In this document: piece by piece, positions 17,688-25,648 of the stretch | Layout of the letters: each line of letters opens with the position of its first letter | How positions within the stretch are numbered: position 1 is the stretch's first letter | Virus record (IMG/VR): IMGVR_UViG_3300020045_004812 | Coordinates: 1-35,753 of that record | Strand: one strand, 5' to 3' | Source: a virus | Taxonomy: Duplodnaviria; Caudoviricetes | Length of the DNA: 35,753 bases | Notes under the pieces: generated by a model | Told to the model about the DNA's origin: nothing | Seen by the model: the letters and a program-made list of their open reading frames with translations, nothing else | The model's database searches: none | Program-made: the position numbers and the translations under genes

Positions 17688-18082
17688 GATATAAGACCCC
17701 GCCAAGGCAGCTTCACGGTAGATCCCTTCTCGCGCGTGGCAATCCCCCACTCGCACAACTCGGCCCGCACATCGTCAATCGAATGCACCACAGCCACCCG
17801 GTAGCCCAGATCTCGCAGTCGGGTTAAAACCGCGCCCTGCTCTTTGCTGACAACGCCGCGAACAGTCTTGACCTCAAAAAACACCGGCCCGATATTGGAC
17901 CACAGCATGACCTCAATATCGGGCCATCCTGGCATTTGCCCCATGGCCTTCTTGCGCGCGCCGTCGATCATGCCAGCCTTGCCACCGCGCACACCCTCGT
18001 TGGGGCTGTGATGCACTAGCGCATCAGGCAATACGACGCGCAGCCATTCGATGATTGCCTTGTGAATATCAGTCTCTGTCAT
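17684..18082 (-). CDS. VRR-NUC family nuclease (resolvase-like)
   Basis: HSPNEG, GWPDI, FFEVKT..G.VSKEQ motifs. Confidence 0.9.
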   Translation of the reverse strand: MTETDIHKAIIEWLRVVLPDALVHHSPNEGVRGGKAGMIDGARKKAMGQMPGWPDIEVMLWSNIGPVFFEVKTVRGVVSKEQGAVLTRLRDLGYRVAVVHSIDDVRAELCEWGIATREKGSTVKLPWRGLIS

Positions 18083-18456
18083 GGCTGATGGCCCCAATAC
18101 TTGAACTTATCGCCCAGCACAGTTTTCCACGCGGTATCGAAATGGCAATTTGTCGGGGCATCCTTAAACATCGGCGCAATCTGATCGGCTGTATATCCGG
18201 CCAATCCGCACCCGATTTGCGTTATCTGGAACGTCTGATCTGCATTTTCTGCCGCATGGTTGATAAAATCCCGAACAAACATGCGTATTGCGGTAAGGCT
18301 AATCGTCTGGATTTTTCGATCTTTGGTTGGCAGCGCATAGGCTCGGCCTGTTCGACCATTGCCCTCACCGCGAACTGCCCCATAGTGCAAAGCAGCATGA
18401 CGCGCAGCCCCCGCACCATGGATACCTGCAAGGTTTGACCCAAATACAAAAATCAT
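18079..18456 (-). CDS. A1S_2505-family phage protein, macrodomain-like
   Basis: IFVFGSNLAGIHGAGAA...YALPT...IGCGLAG. Confidence 0.8.
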   Translation of the reverse strand: MIFVFGSNLAGIHGAGAARHAALHYGAVRGEGNGRTGRAYALPTKDRKIQTISLTAIRMFVRDFINHAAENADQTFQITQIGCGLAGYTADQIAPMFKDAPTNCHFDTAWKTVLGDKFKYWGHQP

Positions 18457-18587
18457 CCTGCAATCCCCGCCTTGAGTATCTCATGGGTTATCCGCCGCAG
18501 ATCCGCCTCACAGATCGAGGCTTCCTTGCTTTGCCGCAGGTTCCGCGCGTGCTTTGCTTTTGCCAGCAGGATTTCCCGCTGGATCAT
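18453..18587 (-). CDS. Small hypothetical protein (44 aa, MIQREILL...)
   Basis: Its stop is coupled (ATGA) to the next gene; amphipathic helix. Start uncertain. Confidence 0.4.
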   Translation of the reverse strand: MIQREILLAKAKHARNLRQSKEASICEADLRRITHEILKAGIAG

Positions 18588-18756
18588 TAGCTGCGCGCCA
18601 TCTGATTTCTGCGGCTGACCTGCATTCCGAACACGCCCAGAGATAACGGCGCTTTTCAAGCGGAATGGCTGATAAATGACCCGCCAGTCGATAGCCATGC
18701 GGGGCAATGGGGGCTTTGCATAGGCTGCAAGCGTGGTTGCGGGGGTCATTTTGCAT
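18508..18756 (-). CDS. Small Zn-finger-like protein
   Basis: CSLC...WACSEC; ends in QGSLDL. Confidence 0.55.
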   Translation of the reverse strand: MQNDPRNHACSLCKAPIAPHGYRLAGHLSAIPLEKRRYLWACSECRSAAEIRWRAANDPAGNPAGKSKARAEPAAKQGSLDL

Positions 18757-18889
18757 CTGCGATGACGCGCAGCACAGCCGAGCGGATAAAGGCAGACAGC
18801 GACAATCCCTGCGCTTGGGCGGCGGTCTTGATGGCCTTTGCCTCGCCTTCGCTAAGGAATGTTGCCACTCGTTCTGGACGTTCAATCAT
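18746..18889 (-). CDS. Ribbon-helix-helix regulator (47 aa, below the ORF-track cutoff)
   Basis: MIERPERVATFLSEGEAKAIKTAAQAQGLSLSAFIRSAVLRVIADAK; AGGTG SD; first gene of the leftward operon. Confidence 0.75.
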   Translation of the reverse strand: MIERPERVATFLSEGEAKAIKTAAQAQGLSLSAFIRSAVLRVIADAK

Positions 18890-18914
18890 TTTGCACCTGT
18901 GTTGATATTACCCC

Positions 18915-18947
18915 TTGAATGTATCGCCATAATGCCGCTATAGTCAA
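18915..18947. promoter_or_regulatory. Overlapping divergent promoters
   Basis: Plus strand TTGAAT-18-TATAGT; minus strand TTGACT-18-TACATT over the same bases. Confidence 0.55.
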
Positions 18948-18972
18948 TACAGGATCAACACCGGAGAGAGAT

Positions 18973-19710
18973 ATGAGTGCCGAATTACAGGTGAACGAAA
19001 GTCAGGTTTTGCCAGACCTGCAAAGGGATATTTCGCCAATGATCGCGATGATCGAGCGCGTGGCAATGGACCCTGCGGCGTCGATTGAAAAACTGGAACG
19101 CATGATGGATATGCGTGACCGCTTGCAAGCAGAGGCCGCAAAGATGGCGTTTGCTGGCGCATTTGCTGCGGCATCTGCTGACTTCCCGTCGATCCCTTTG
19201 AACGGCAAGGGAGATAAGAACAAGGCTTATGCGCTGTTGAAGGACATTATCAATTACACCCGCCCGATTTTGTCGCGGCATGGATTGGCGCTATCGTTCA
19301 GCGTAGAAAGCCACCCAGATCGCGTGATTGTCACGGCTGAACTGATGCACGTCCTAGGTCACTCCAAGATGACAAGCATGGAATTGCCCAAGGATCAATC
19401 GGGCAGCAAGAATGCTGTTCAGGCTGTCGGATCATCGCAGACATACGGACAGCGATACACCGCGCAGGCTATTCTTGGCCTTTCACTTGGTGATGATACT
19501 GACGACGATGGGCGGGCAGCAGGCAAGGCACTGACAATCAGCGCCGATGAGTTTTTCCAGCTTCGGAACCTGATGGATGAATCCGGGGCTGATGAGGTAA
19601 AATTCTGCGAATACCTCAGGGTCGCATCGCTGGAGGTTTTGCCGCAGCGCATGTTTGCCGACGCAGTTTCTGCCCTGCGCAAGAAGATCAAAGCGAAGGT
19701 GTCGGCATGA
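18973..19710 (+). CDS. erf: Erf-family single-strand annealing recombinase
   Basis: YALLKDI....RPILSRHGL, HVLGHS, QAVGSSQTYGQRY...LGL...DDDG; GGAGAG SD before ATG 18973. Confidence 0.9.
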   Translation: MSAELQVNESQVLPDLQRDISPMIAMIERVAMDPAASIEKLERMMDMRDRLQAEAAKMAFAGAFAAASADFPSIPLNGKGDKNKAYALLKDIINYTRPILSRHGLALSFSVESHPDRVIVTAELMHVLGHSKMTSMELPKDQSGSKNAVQAVGSSQTYGQRYTAQAILGLSLGDDTDDDGRAAGKALTISADEFFQLRNLMDESGADEVKFCEYLRVASLEVLPQRMFADAVSALRKKIKAKVSA

Positions 19711-20333
19711 TGGAGCAGCGCTCAGAAGAATGGTTTGCAGCCCGCTTGGGCAAGGTCACAGCTTCCCGTGTCGCTGACCTTATGGCGACCACCAATAAAG
19801 GTTACAGCGCCAGCCGTGCCAACTACTTGGCCGAGTTGATCTGTGAACGCCTGACCGGGCATCAGGCCGAGCGGTTCAGCAATGCCGCGATGCAATGGGG
19901 AACCGATGTAGAGCCGCAGGCGCGCGCCGCCTATGAGTTTATCACCGACGCCAGCGTGCAAGAGGTTGGCCTAATAGACCATCCTTCAATCGCTATGTTT
20001 GGCGCTTCCCCGGATGGGCTGATCGGTGCTGATGGCCTGATCGAGATCAAATGCCCCAACACCGCCACCCATATCGAGACGCTCTTGGCCGAAAGGGTGC
20101 CGGGTAAATACGTCACGCAGATGCAGGTTCAAATGGCTTGCACCGGGCGCTCATGGTGCGATTTTGTAAGCTTTGACCCGCGCCTACCCGCCGATCTACA
20201 GCTTTGGATCAAGCGCGTTCAGCGTGACGATGTGGCAATCCAGAACATCGAAGCCGAGACGGTGAAATTTCTCGGAGAGTTGGACGCGAAGGTTTTGGCT
20301 TTGCGGACCCGCTACATACAGGAGGCCACATAA
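19707..20333 (+). CDS. YqaJ/lambda-exonuclease family protein
   Basis: QRSEEWFAARLGKVTAS, GASPDGL, EIKCP, QMQVQMAC motifs. Confidence 0.95.
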   Translation: MMEQRSEEWFAARLGKVTASRVADLMATTNKGYSASRANYLAELICERLTGHQAERFSNAAMQWGTDVEPQARAAYEFITDASVQEVGLIDHPSIAMFGASPDGLIGADGLIEIKCPNTATHIETLLAERVPGKYVTQMQVQMACTGRSWCDFVSFDPRLPADLQLWIKRVQRDDVAIQNIEAETVKFLGELDAKVLALRTRYIQEAT

Positions 20334-20782
20334 TGGCTGATTTGAACCGCGTAAGTCTCATGGGTCGATTGGGAAAAGACCCTGAAATTCGCACCACCCC
20401 TGCCGGGGAAAAGGTCGCGTCATTCAGAATCGCAACTTCCGAGCAATGGAAAGACAAAGGCACAGGCGAAAAGAAAGAGCGCACTGAATGGCATAATGTT
20501 GTCGTCTGGGGCGCTCTTGCGGCCATTGTTGAGAAGTATCTCGGCAAAGGCAAGCGGTGCTATATCGAAGGGGCGCAACGCACCCGCAAATGGCAAGACC
20601 AAGCCGGGGCAGATCGTTGGTCAACGGAGGTTGTTCTGTCTGGTTTCAGCGCGCGCCTTGACGTGATCGACTGGCCGGAAGGTGTAGGCGGCGGCGCGGC
20701 GCGCGGTCAGGATGATGCCTATGGGCAAGACAATCTTCCACCGGGGCGCGATAACTCGCTTGACGATGAGATCCCATTTTGA
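20333..20782 (+). CDS. ssb: Single-stranded DNA-binding protein
   Basis: NRVSLMGRLGKDPE...TEWH; C-terminal DDEIPF. Confidence 0.97.
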   Translation: MADLNRVSLMGRLGKDPEIRTTPAGEKVASFRIATSEQWKDKGTGEKKERTEWHNVVVWGALAAIVEKYLGKGKRCYIEGAQRTRKWQDQAGADRWSTEVVLSGFSARLDVIDWPEGVGGGAARGQDDAYGQDNLPPGRDNSLDDEIPF

Positions 20783-20970
20783 TCCGCCGCAAGAACAACA
20801 CCCAAACCAGCAAGGCGCATCAGACGATCCGCGAACTTATGGCGCGCGGGTTTTCTGACGAGGCGATGCTAATCGCGGCTGCGGCTGACGCGCTTGGTGG
20901 CGATGAAACCGCGCAGATCGTGGCGGAAATGACGTATCGTAAGCACTTCTTGGGGATGGGGGCGAACTGA
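20779..20970 (+). CDS. Small hypothetical protein
   Basis: Coupled at both ends (TTGA and TGATG). Confidence 0.55.
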   Translation: MIRRKNNTQTSKAHQTIRELMARGFSDEAMLIAAAADALGGDETAQIVAEMTYRKHFLGMGAN

Positions 20971-21377
20971 TGCCCCGCTATTCTCTGCCACTTGATACAC
21001 CGCTTAGAATAGCCAAGGCGCGCGCATGGTTTGAGCGTGCTATAGCTATCGGATGGCGCGTCACCTTTGCAGAGATAAAGCGCACCGACGCCCAGAATGA
21101 TCGCATGTGGGAAATGTTAAGCCGCGTATCCAAGCATATGGATATAAACGGCAAAAAATATGACGAAGATCAGTGGAAGTGCATCTTCATGCAGCAGATG
21201 GGCAAGGATGCTTCATTTTTGCCCACTCTGGACGGGGAAAGCTTTTTCCCCACGGGGTTTAGATCGTCCGACCTGTCAAAGCAGGAAATGTCAGACATGC
21301 AGACATTTATGGAAGCATGGTGCGCCGAAAAAGGCTTTGACCTTTGGGGCGATGATCAATCAGGGGAAACCAAATGA
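20970..21377 (+). CDS. ninB: NinB/Orf-family recombination mediator
   Basis: KRTDAQNDRMW.ML, W..IF, PTLDG, RSSDLSK.EM motifs. Confidence 0.85.
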   Translation: MPRYSLPLDTPLRIAKARAWFERAIAIGWRVTFAEIKRTDAQNDRMWEMLSRVSKHMDINGKKYDEDQWKCIFMQQMGKDASFLPTLDGESFFPTGFRSSDLSKQEMSDMQTFMEAWCAEKGFDLWGDDQSGETK

Positions 21378-21622
21378 CAGACCAAACCTACAACGTGACA
21401 GCAGACGAGCTGCGCAGCTTCATCGAAAGGGCAGAACACCTAGCTGCTGAAAAGGCAGACGTTGCCGCGCTGGAAAAGGAACTGTTTGCCGAGGCAAAAG
21501 CGCGTGGGTATGATACCGCCGTGATGCGCAAAGTGATTGCCCTGCGCAAGCGCAAGCCCGACGACATTGCCGAAGAAGAGACGATCATCGACATGTATAA
21601 ATTAGCACTTGGGATGAACTGA
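21374..21622 (+). CDS. gapR: DUF2312/GapR-like nucleoid-associated protein
   Basis: VTADELRSFIER.E.L..EK...EAKARGYD..VMRKVIALRK...Y..ALGM. Confidence 0.9.
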   Translation: MTDQTYNVTADELRSFIERAEHLAAEKADVAALEKELFAEAKARGYDTAVMRKVIALRKRKPDDIAEEETIIDMYKLALGMN

Positions 21623-21984
21623 TGGATTACAAAGAACTCGCAACATGGGCTTTATCACGCCGCACCGGAGCGTCGTCTCTTGCAATTGTGAAAAGGCTTT
21701 CCGGTATTGGCGCACCGTCAGGCGATTACCCGCATGATGGGGGAGATTTTGGGCGGTGCGAAACGCTTCTTGATTATGTCCCAGAGTTTCGCGCGCGACT
21801 TGGTGAAATGGCCGATGTGAATAAATACTGGGCTGCACTTGTGCCGCGATGGGATGAAATCAAAGCAGCGCCTGCCGATGCAAAATATGGTCTAATCCAG
21901 TCGATAGTTAGCAGTATTGAGGACGCCGATAATAGGGTAATCAGGCTTGGAAAAGGTGTGACCATGCGGTTTGGTAAGCCTTGA
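21622..21984 (+). CDS. Hypothetical phage protein
   Basis: TGASS...YPHDGGDFGRC..LL motif; coupled to both neighbours. Confidence 0.7.
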   Translation: MDYKELATWALSRRTGASSLAIVKRLSGIGAPSGDYPHDGGDFGRCETLLDYVPEFRARLGEMADVNKYWAALVPRWDEIKAAPADAKYGLIQSIVSSIEDADNRVIRLGKGVTMRFGKP

Positions 21985-22358
21985 ACCTAACGGGCAGGCA
22001 GGGCTTAGGACAAAAAACGGGGAAGGCAGGTCCGAAACCCCGCAAGCCTATTCCACGCCAATCCACCAAGACCAAACAACGCAAGGCGTCCGCTGATGGA
22101 AAGGCGGGCGTTTTGCACATGAGCCTCGTTGCGCAATGCCGCTGCGTGATCTGCGGATATTTTCCCGTTCAAGTTCATCATTGCATCAGCGGCAGGTTTG
22201 GACAACGCAAGGCTAGCGATTTTGACACTATTTCGCTGTGCTGGGAGTGCCATCTAGGTCCGCAGGGTATCCACGCCAGCAAGCATGCTTGGGAAGCGCT
22301 GCACGGGCCGGATACGGGGTTTCTGCCTGTAGTTGCAGCCATGATCGCAGCGATGTAA
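21981..22358 (+). CDS. Ref/DUF968-like HNH Zn-binding nuclease
   Basis: Basic N-terminus; CVIC...HHC...SLCWECH...GIH. Confidence 0.8.
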   Translation: MNLTGRQGLGQKTGKAGPKPRKPIPRQSTKTKQRKASADGKAGVLHMSLVAQCRCVICGYFPVQVHHCISGRFGQRKASDFDTISLCWECHLGPQGIHASKHAWEALHGPDTGFLPVVAAMIAAM

Positions 22359-22380
22359 CCCCCGGCGTTAATCCGGTTAG

Positions 22381-22462
22381 CGCCTGACCGCGCCGAGGGT
22401 TTGTGTCGCATCGAAAAGCCCGCTTTCGCGGTCGTGTTGCACCTTCCTCGTAAGGTCAGGCG
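22381..22462 (-). ncRNA. Candidate structured RNA between convergent operons
   Basis: Nested stems CGCCTGACC/GGTCAGGCG, CGAGG/CCTCG and CCGC-GAAA-GCGG. Confidence 0.35.
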
Positions 22463-22481
22463 ATCTGGCGTTATGCCGAGA

Positions 22482-22781
22482 TTAGGCAATCAGCGCTTTG
22501 CAAATATTGATGATTTCCTTAGAAATTGCAACGCACAGCGCTAGGCGAAGGATATATTGCAGATAGCTTTCGTTCATATCTTGCAGCCACTGCAATCGAT
22601 CAACGGTGGCTTGATGTTTGCGGATTTTGCGCGTGATTTCCTCATGCTCGGCGTTGTTATCTTCAAGCCGTTCGCAGATGCTGATTAATGACGCGGCCTG
22701 ATCTTTGGTCAGAGTTAGATTAGTTGATCCGTTAACAGCCGCATAAACTCTTAGCCGTTCTGATAATTTTAGATCGCTCAA
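22482..22781 (-). CDS. Hypothetical protein (coiled coil, hydrophobic C-terminus)
   Basis: 99 aa, AT-rich, GGAGG SD. Confidence 0.6.
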   Translation of the reverse strand: MSDLKLSERLRVYAAVNGSTNLTLTKDQAASLISICERLEDNNAEHEEITRKIRKHQATVDRLQWLQDMNESYLQYILRLALCVAISKEIINICKALIA

Positions 22782-23020
22782 TTCAACCTCCCCCGCAGCA
22801 CGCGCTCAATCGCGGCCTGCATATCCTCTGGCACCATGCCGTTAACCCTGAACGGCTCTGTAATCGCATGAAAACGCGCGCCCACATCAGCAGGCGGCTT
22901 TCCGACAGCGTAGGATATGGCGATGATGCCGTATCCCATGCCGAGGCCAGACCACAGCGCCCAGTCTTGCGCGGCGGTCCAGTCGGTGGGAAGGGTGAGG
23001 ATGTGGGTTGCGGGGGTCAT
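22778..23020 (-). CDS. Small hypothetical protein (possible HTH)
   Basis: Coupled to the methyltransferase stop. Confidence 0.55.
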   Translation of the reverse strand: MTPATHILTLPTDWTAAQDWALWSGLGMGYGIIAISYAVGKPPADVGARFHAITEPFRVNGMVPEDMQAAIERVLRGRLN

Positions 23021-24345
23021 GGTGTTGCCCTGATTGTTGCGACGGTTGTGCAGATGTTGGTCCCACTTTCTGCGAATGAGCCGATGGGCAGATCATTCCA
23101 GCGCGGGCGCAGATCATCCAGCAGCCCGTGATCATGGCGGGCTGTCGCTGGCAGGATTGCAGTGACGGTGCCACCGGGTTTCACAAACCGCAAGGCGTGT
23201 CGAACGTGCTTGGCGTAGTGTTTGCCATAGAAGGGCGGGTTCATCACCACCGCGTCAAACACCAGATCCGCGTTTGGCATCACTTCTAGGAAGTTGCCGC
23301 AGATCACGCTAAAGCCTTTTTCCTTGCAAGCCTCGGCACGGGCGCGGTCAATCTCCACACCCTGCGCAACAGCCCCAGCCCTGCGCAGGGCGTCCATGAG
23401 CCGCCCATCACCGCAGGACGGCTCAAGCACCCGCTTGCCGCGCAGGTTGATTTCATAAAGCACGCGGTCGATAACTGGCTGCGGTGTGGGGTAGAATTGC
23501 AGATCTTTGGAAACTTCCGTGCTTTGTCGCTTTGCAGGGCGCGCCTCATCCTCATCTGGGCAATCCGCCAGCACATCTCCGTAAAACTCTGCCAATGCGC
23601 GGTTGATGTCTGTGAGAGCCTCAGGGCCAAAGAACAAATGGCCGTTGCCATTGCCAAATCGTTTCAGCCAGACGCCGCGCGCCGGAATGACGATTTCTCC
23701 GCCCGGCGCATACTTATCCTCGAATGTGCCTCCATCGCGAAGAATATCCCCGTCACTGTGCAGCCGAAAGGTTTCGCGGGGATTGCAAAGCGGCTTGCCC
23801 TGATAGGCGGCAAGGGCGTTCAGGATATCGCGAACCTTGTCCATGCCATAGCCGTAATGGGATGCCAAACCGCCGATGATAACCCGCTTGGGCAAGCCCT
23901 TTACCCCGATCTTTACCTTTTCATGCGATTTATAGGCGGGGTCCAAATCTGCAAACACCTCTGCCATACCGCGAAGAATTGTCAGGCGCGGGTTTATCAG
24001 ATAGGGTGAAAAGGTGGCGCGCAGGTTGTCCAGCGTGAACGGTGCGGGGCTGGAAAGGGCTTGATCCCACAGCTTCTTATCCTTGGCGCTGGCAATGTTT
24101 GGCAGGTTCAGCCCTTTCCAGACGCGCAGCCATGCAGACCGCAGAAGATTGCGCTCCAGCGTGCGCAGGCCGACATCCCCAGTTTTGATGTTTTCTTGTC
24201 CATATTCGCCTGCGACCGTGGCAGCTGAAACAAGTGAGGCACCAGCTTCGCCGAATTTTGCCAAAGCTTCTGGGAGTGCCGCCTTCTTAGCTTCGTATTC
24301 GGCAATTAGATCAGGCAGGCTGGGCAGCTTTGCAATTTCAGTCAA
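23017..24345 (-). CDS. DUF4942-type DNA methyltransferase (amino-MTase, probably m6A)
   Basis: QFYPTP, VLEPSCGDG (motif I), VMNPPF (motif IV), F.NGNGHL; GGAGG SD; no cognate restriction gene seen. Confidence 0.9.
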   Translation of the reverse strand: MTEIAKLPSLPDLIAEYEAKKAALPEALAKFGEAGASLVSAATVAGEYGQENIKTGDVGLRTLERNLLRSAWLRVWKGLNLPNIASAKDKKLWDQALSSPAPFTLDNLRATFSPYLINPRLTILRGMAEVFADLDPAYKSHEKVKIGVKGLPKRVIIGGLASHYGYGMDKVRDILNALAAYQGKPLCNPRETFRLHSDGDILRDGGTFEDKYAPGGEIVIPARGVWLKRFGNGNGHLFFGPEALTDINRALAEFYGDVLADCPDEDEARPAKRQSTEVSKDLQFYPTPQPVIDRVLYEINLRGKRVLEPSCGDGRLMDALRRAGAVAQGVEIDRARAEACKEKGFSVICGNFLEVMPNADLVFDAVVMNPPFYGKHYAKHVRHALRFVKPGGTVTAILPATARHDHGLLDDLRPRWNDLPIGSFAESGTNICTTVATIRATP

Positions 24346-24358
24346 TCCTCATCCTCCA

Positions 24359-24395
24359 ATAAAAAACCCGGCGACACATCATTGCATCGCCGGGT
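24359..24395 (-). terminator. Intrinsic terminator downstream of the Cro-like gene
   Basis: ACCCGGCGA/TCGCCGGGT stem followed by a T-run on the minus strand. Confidence 0.7.
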
Positions 24396-24431
24396 AGTTG
24401 GCCGCACCGACAGGGATCGGGCGGCGGGCAG

Positions 24432-24623
24432 TTAGGGCCAGCCCGAAACAGGAAACCCGCCGCGCGTTGCTGTTTCAATGGCGAGGCGCGTCAACATCGG
24501 CGCACCATCGGCGATCTGTTTTGCAAGCGTTACGCGGGTAATCCCGATCTGCTTGGCAAGCCATACGACTGACAGCTTTTCAGCCTTCAGGTAGGCAATG
24601 AGGGGGTGGCGTTTTTTTTCCAT
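24432..24623 (-). CDS. Cro-like HTH regulator (63 aa)
   Basis: PLIAYLKAEKLSVVWLAKQIGITRVTL...IETATRGGFPVSGW; first gene of a divergent operon. Confidence 0.75.
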   Translation of the reverse strand: MEKKRHPLIAYLKAEKLSVVWLAKQIGITRVTLAKQIADGAPMLTRLAIETATRGGFPVSGWP

Positions 24624-24628
24624 GCCCG

Positions 24629-24657
24629 ACCATAGCGCATGAAGCGGAAAGCCGCAA
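24629..24657 (-). promoter_or_regulatory. Leaderless promoter of the Cro-like gene
   Basis: TTGCGG-17-TATGGT, 5 nt before the ATG. Confidence 0.55.
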
Positions 24658-24691
24658 CACAAAAAAAGATCAGTGGCTTTACATTTTCCCA

Positions 24692-24748
24692 TTGCAATCC
24701 CCCGGCAGTCAGCGCAATGTAGCGACAGGATCAAACACCGGAGAGAGA
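24692..24748 (+). promoter_or_regulatory. Rightward promoter plus leader motif shared with 18949-18971
   Basis: TTGCAA-17-CAATGT, then ACAGGATCAAACACCGGAGAGAGA. Confidence 0.5.
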
Positions 24749-24750
24749 CG

Positions 24751-25053
24751 ATGACCGAACACCCCGCACACCATTTCGTTGTCAAAAAGCTGTTCAAGGA
24801 TGGCTGGGGTAACATCGCAGATCATGCGCTGACATTCCACGACGCCGTTGATGCCGTGCTTGAAGCGTTCAAGGATAAGCATATCGTGCTGCCGTATGAC
24901 GTGCCGAGCCGAAAGACGGTGCTGGTGATCGAGATTGACGGTCGCGTGGCAATGGATCGCACCGAGGATGTGATTGGCGAGTGCGTTCAGCGCTACGTCG
25001 ACGGCGACAATGTTCCGCCAGCGTGGCATGATTTGATGGGAGAGAAAGCGTGA
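24751..25053 (+). CDS. Hypothetical early protein
   Basis: GGAGAG SD; first gene of the rightward operon. Confidence 0.7.
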   Translation: MTEHPAHHFVVKKLFKDGWGNIADHALTFHDAVDAVLEAFKDKHIVLPYDVPSRKTVLVIEIDGRVAMDRTEDVIGECVQRYVDGDNVPPAWHDLMGEKA

Positions 25054-25247
25054 GTATGTCAGCAAATCTGCATGATGCAAACCGCGCTCAAGCCGTTGAT
25101 CTGGGTTCTAGCGGTGGGGTTTTGAAATTCTGGGACCCTGATGGATGCCACTTGAATATCTTCATGCCTTACGCCACCGCTGTTGCTATGGCCACAGCAT
25201 TCGATGCACCCCAACCGCAACCCGAACCCCAAGAGGCCGCAGAATGA
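25050..25247 (+). CDS. Hypothetical protein
   Basis: Coupled ORF, 65 aa. Confidence 0.6.
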   Translation: MSMSANLHDANRAQAVDLGSSGGVLKFWDPDGCHLNIFMPYATAVAMATAFDAPQPQPEPQEAAE

Positions 25248-25648
25248 ACGTCGCAGAGCTTTTCGCCCCCACTCAAGAAGAGAAAATGGCCAGCGAACTA
25301 GGCATCCCCCCCCAACATGTCTGCATTGTTGGATCGACGCTAATCTGTGGTGCGGGCAATGATACTGATTTTCTATGCCTGCTGCCGTCCGAGGGTGTCC
25401 TGAAAAACCGTGGGTTCACACCAGATGTCGAGGCTTCATATGAAAGCCCGCTTCGGTCCTTTCGGCGCAATAATCAGAACCTCATCGCCACAACGGAACC
25501 GCGCTTCTACTTTGCGGAGGTGGCGATTGCACACGCTGCGCGGCTGATCGCAACTGACAAATTCGACATGTCAAAACGTGGTGAGCGCATCCGGTTTCAT
25601 AGCGCTGTGCGGAGCCAAGTTTTGGCGCGCATGCAGGAGGGCTTCTGA
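25244..25648 (+). CDS. Minimal Pol-beta-like nucleotidyltransferase-fold protein
   Basis: CIVGS...NDTDFLCL (hGS..DxD signature). Confidence 0.65.
   Translation: MNVAELFAPTQEEKMASELGIPPQHVCIVGSTLICGAGNDTDFLCLLPSEGVLKNRGFTPDVEASYESPLRSFRRNNQNLIATTEPRFYFAEVAIAHAARLIATDKFDMSKRGERIRFHSAVRSQVLARMQEGF

Noticed and set aside
18588-18749. N-terminal half of the 98-aa ORF 18453..18749
   Set aside because: It overlaps the Zn-finger ORF in another frame and looks non-coding, although its ATGA coupling means it cannot be fully excluded.
24624-24815. Upstream extensions of ORFs 24432..24815 and 24673..25053
   Set aside because: They run through the divergent promoter region; the starts at 24623 and 24751 have better support.
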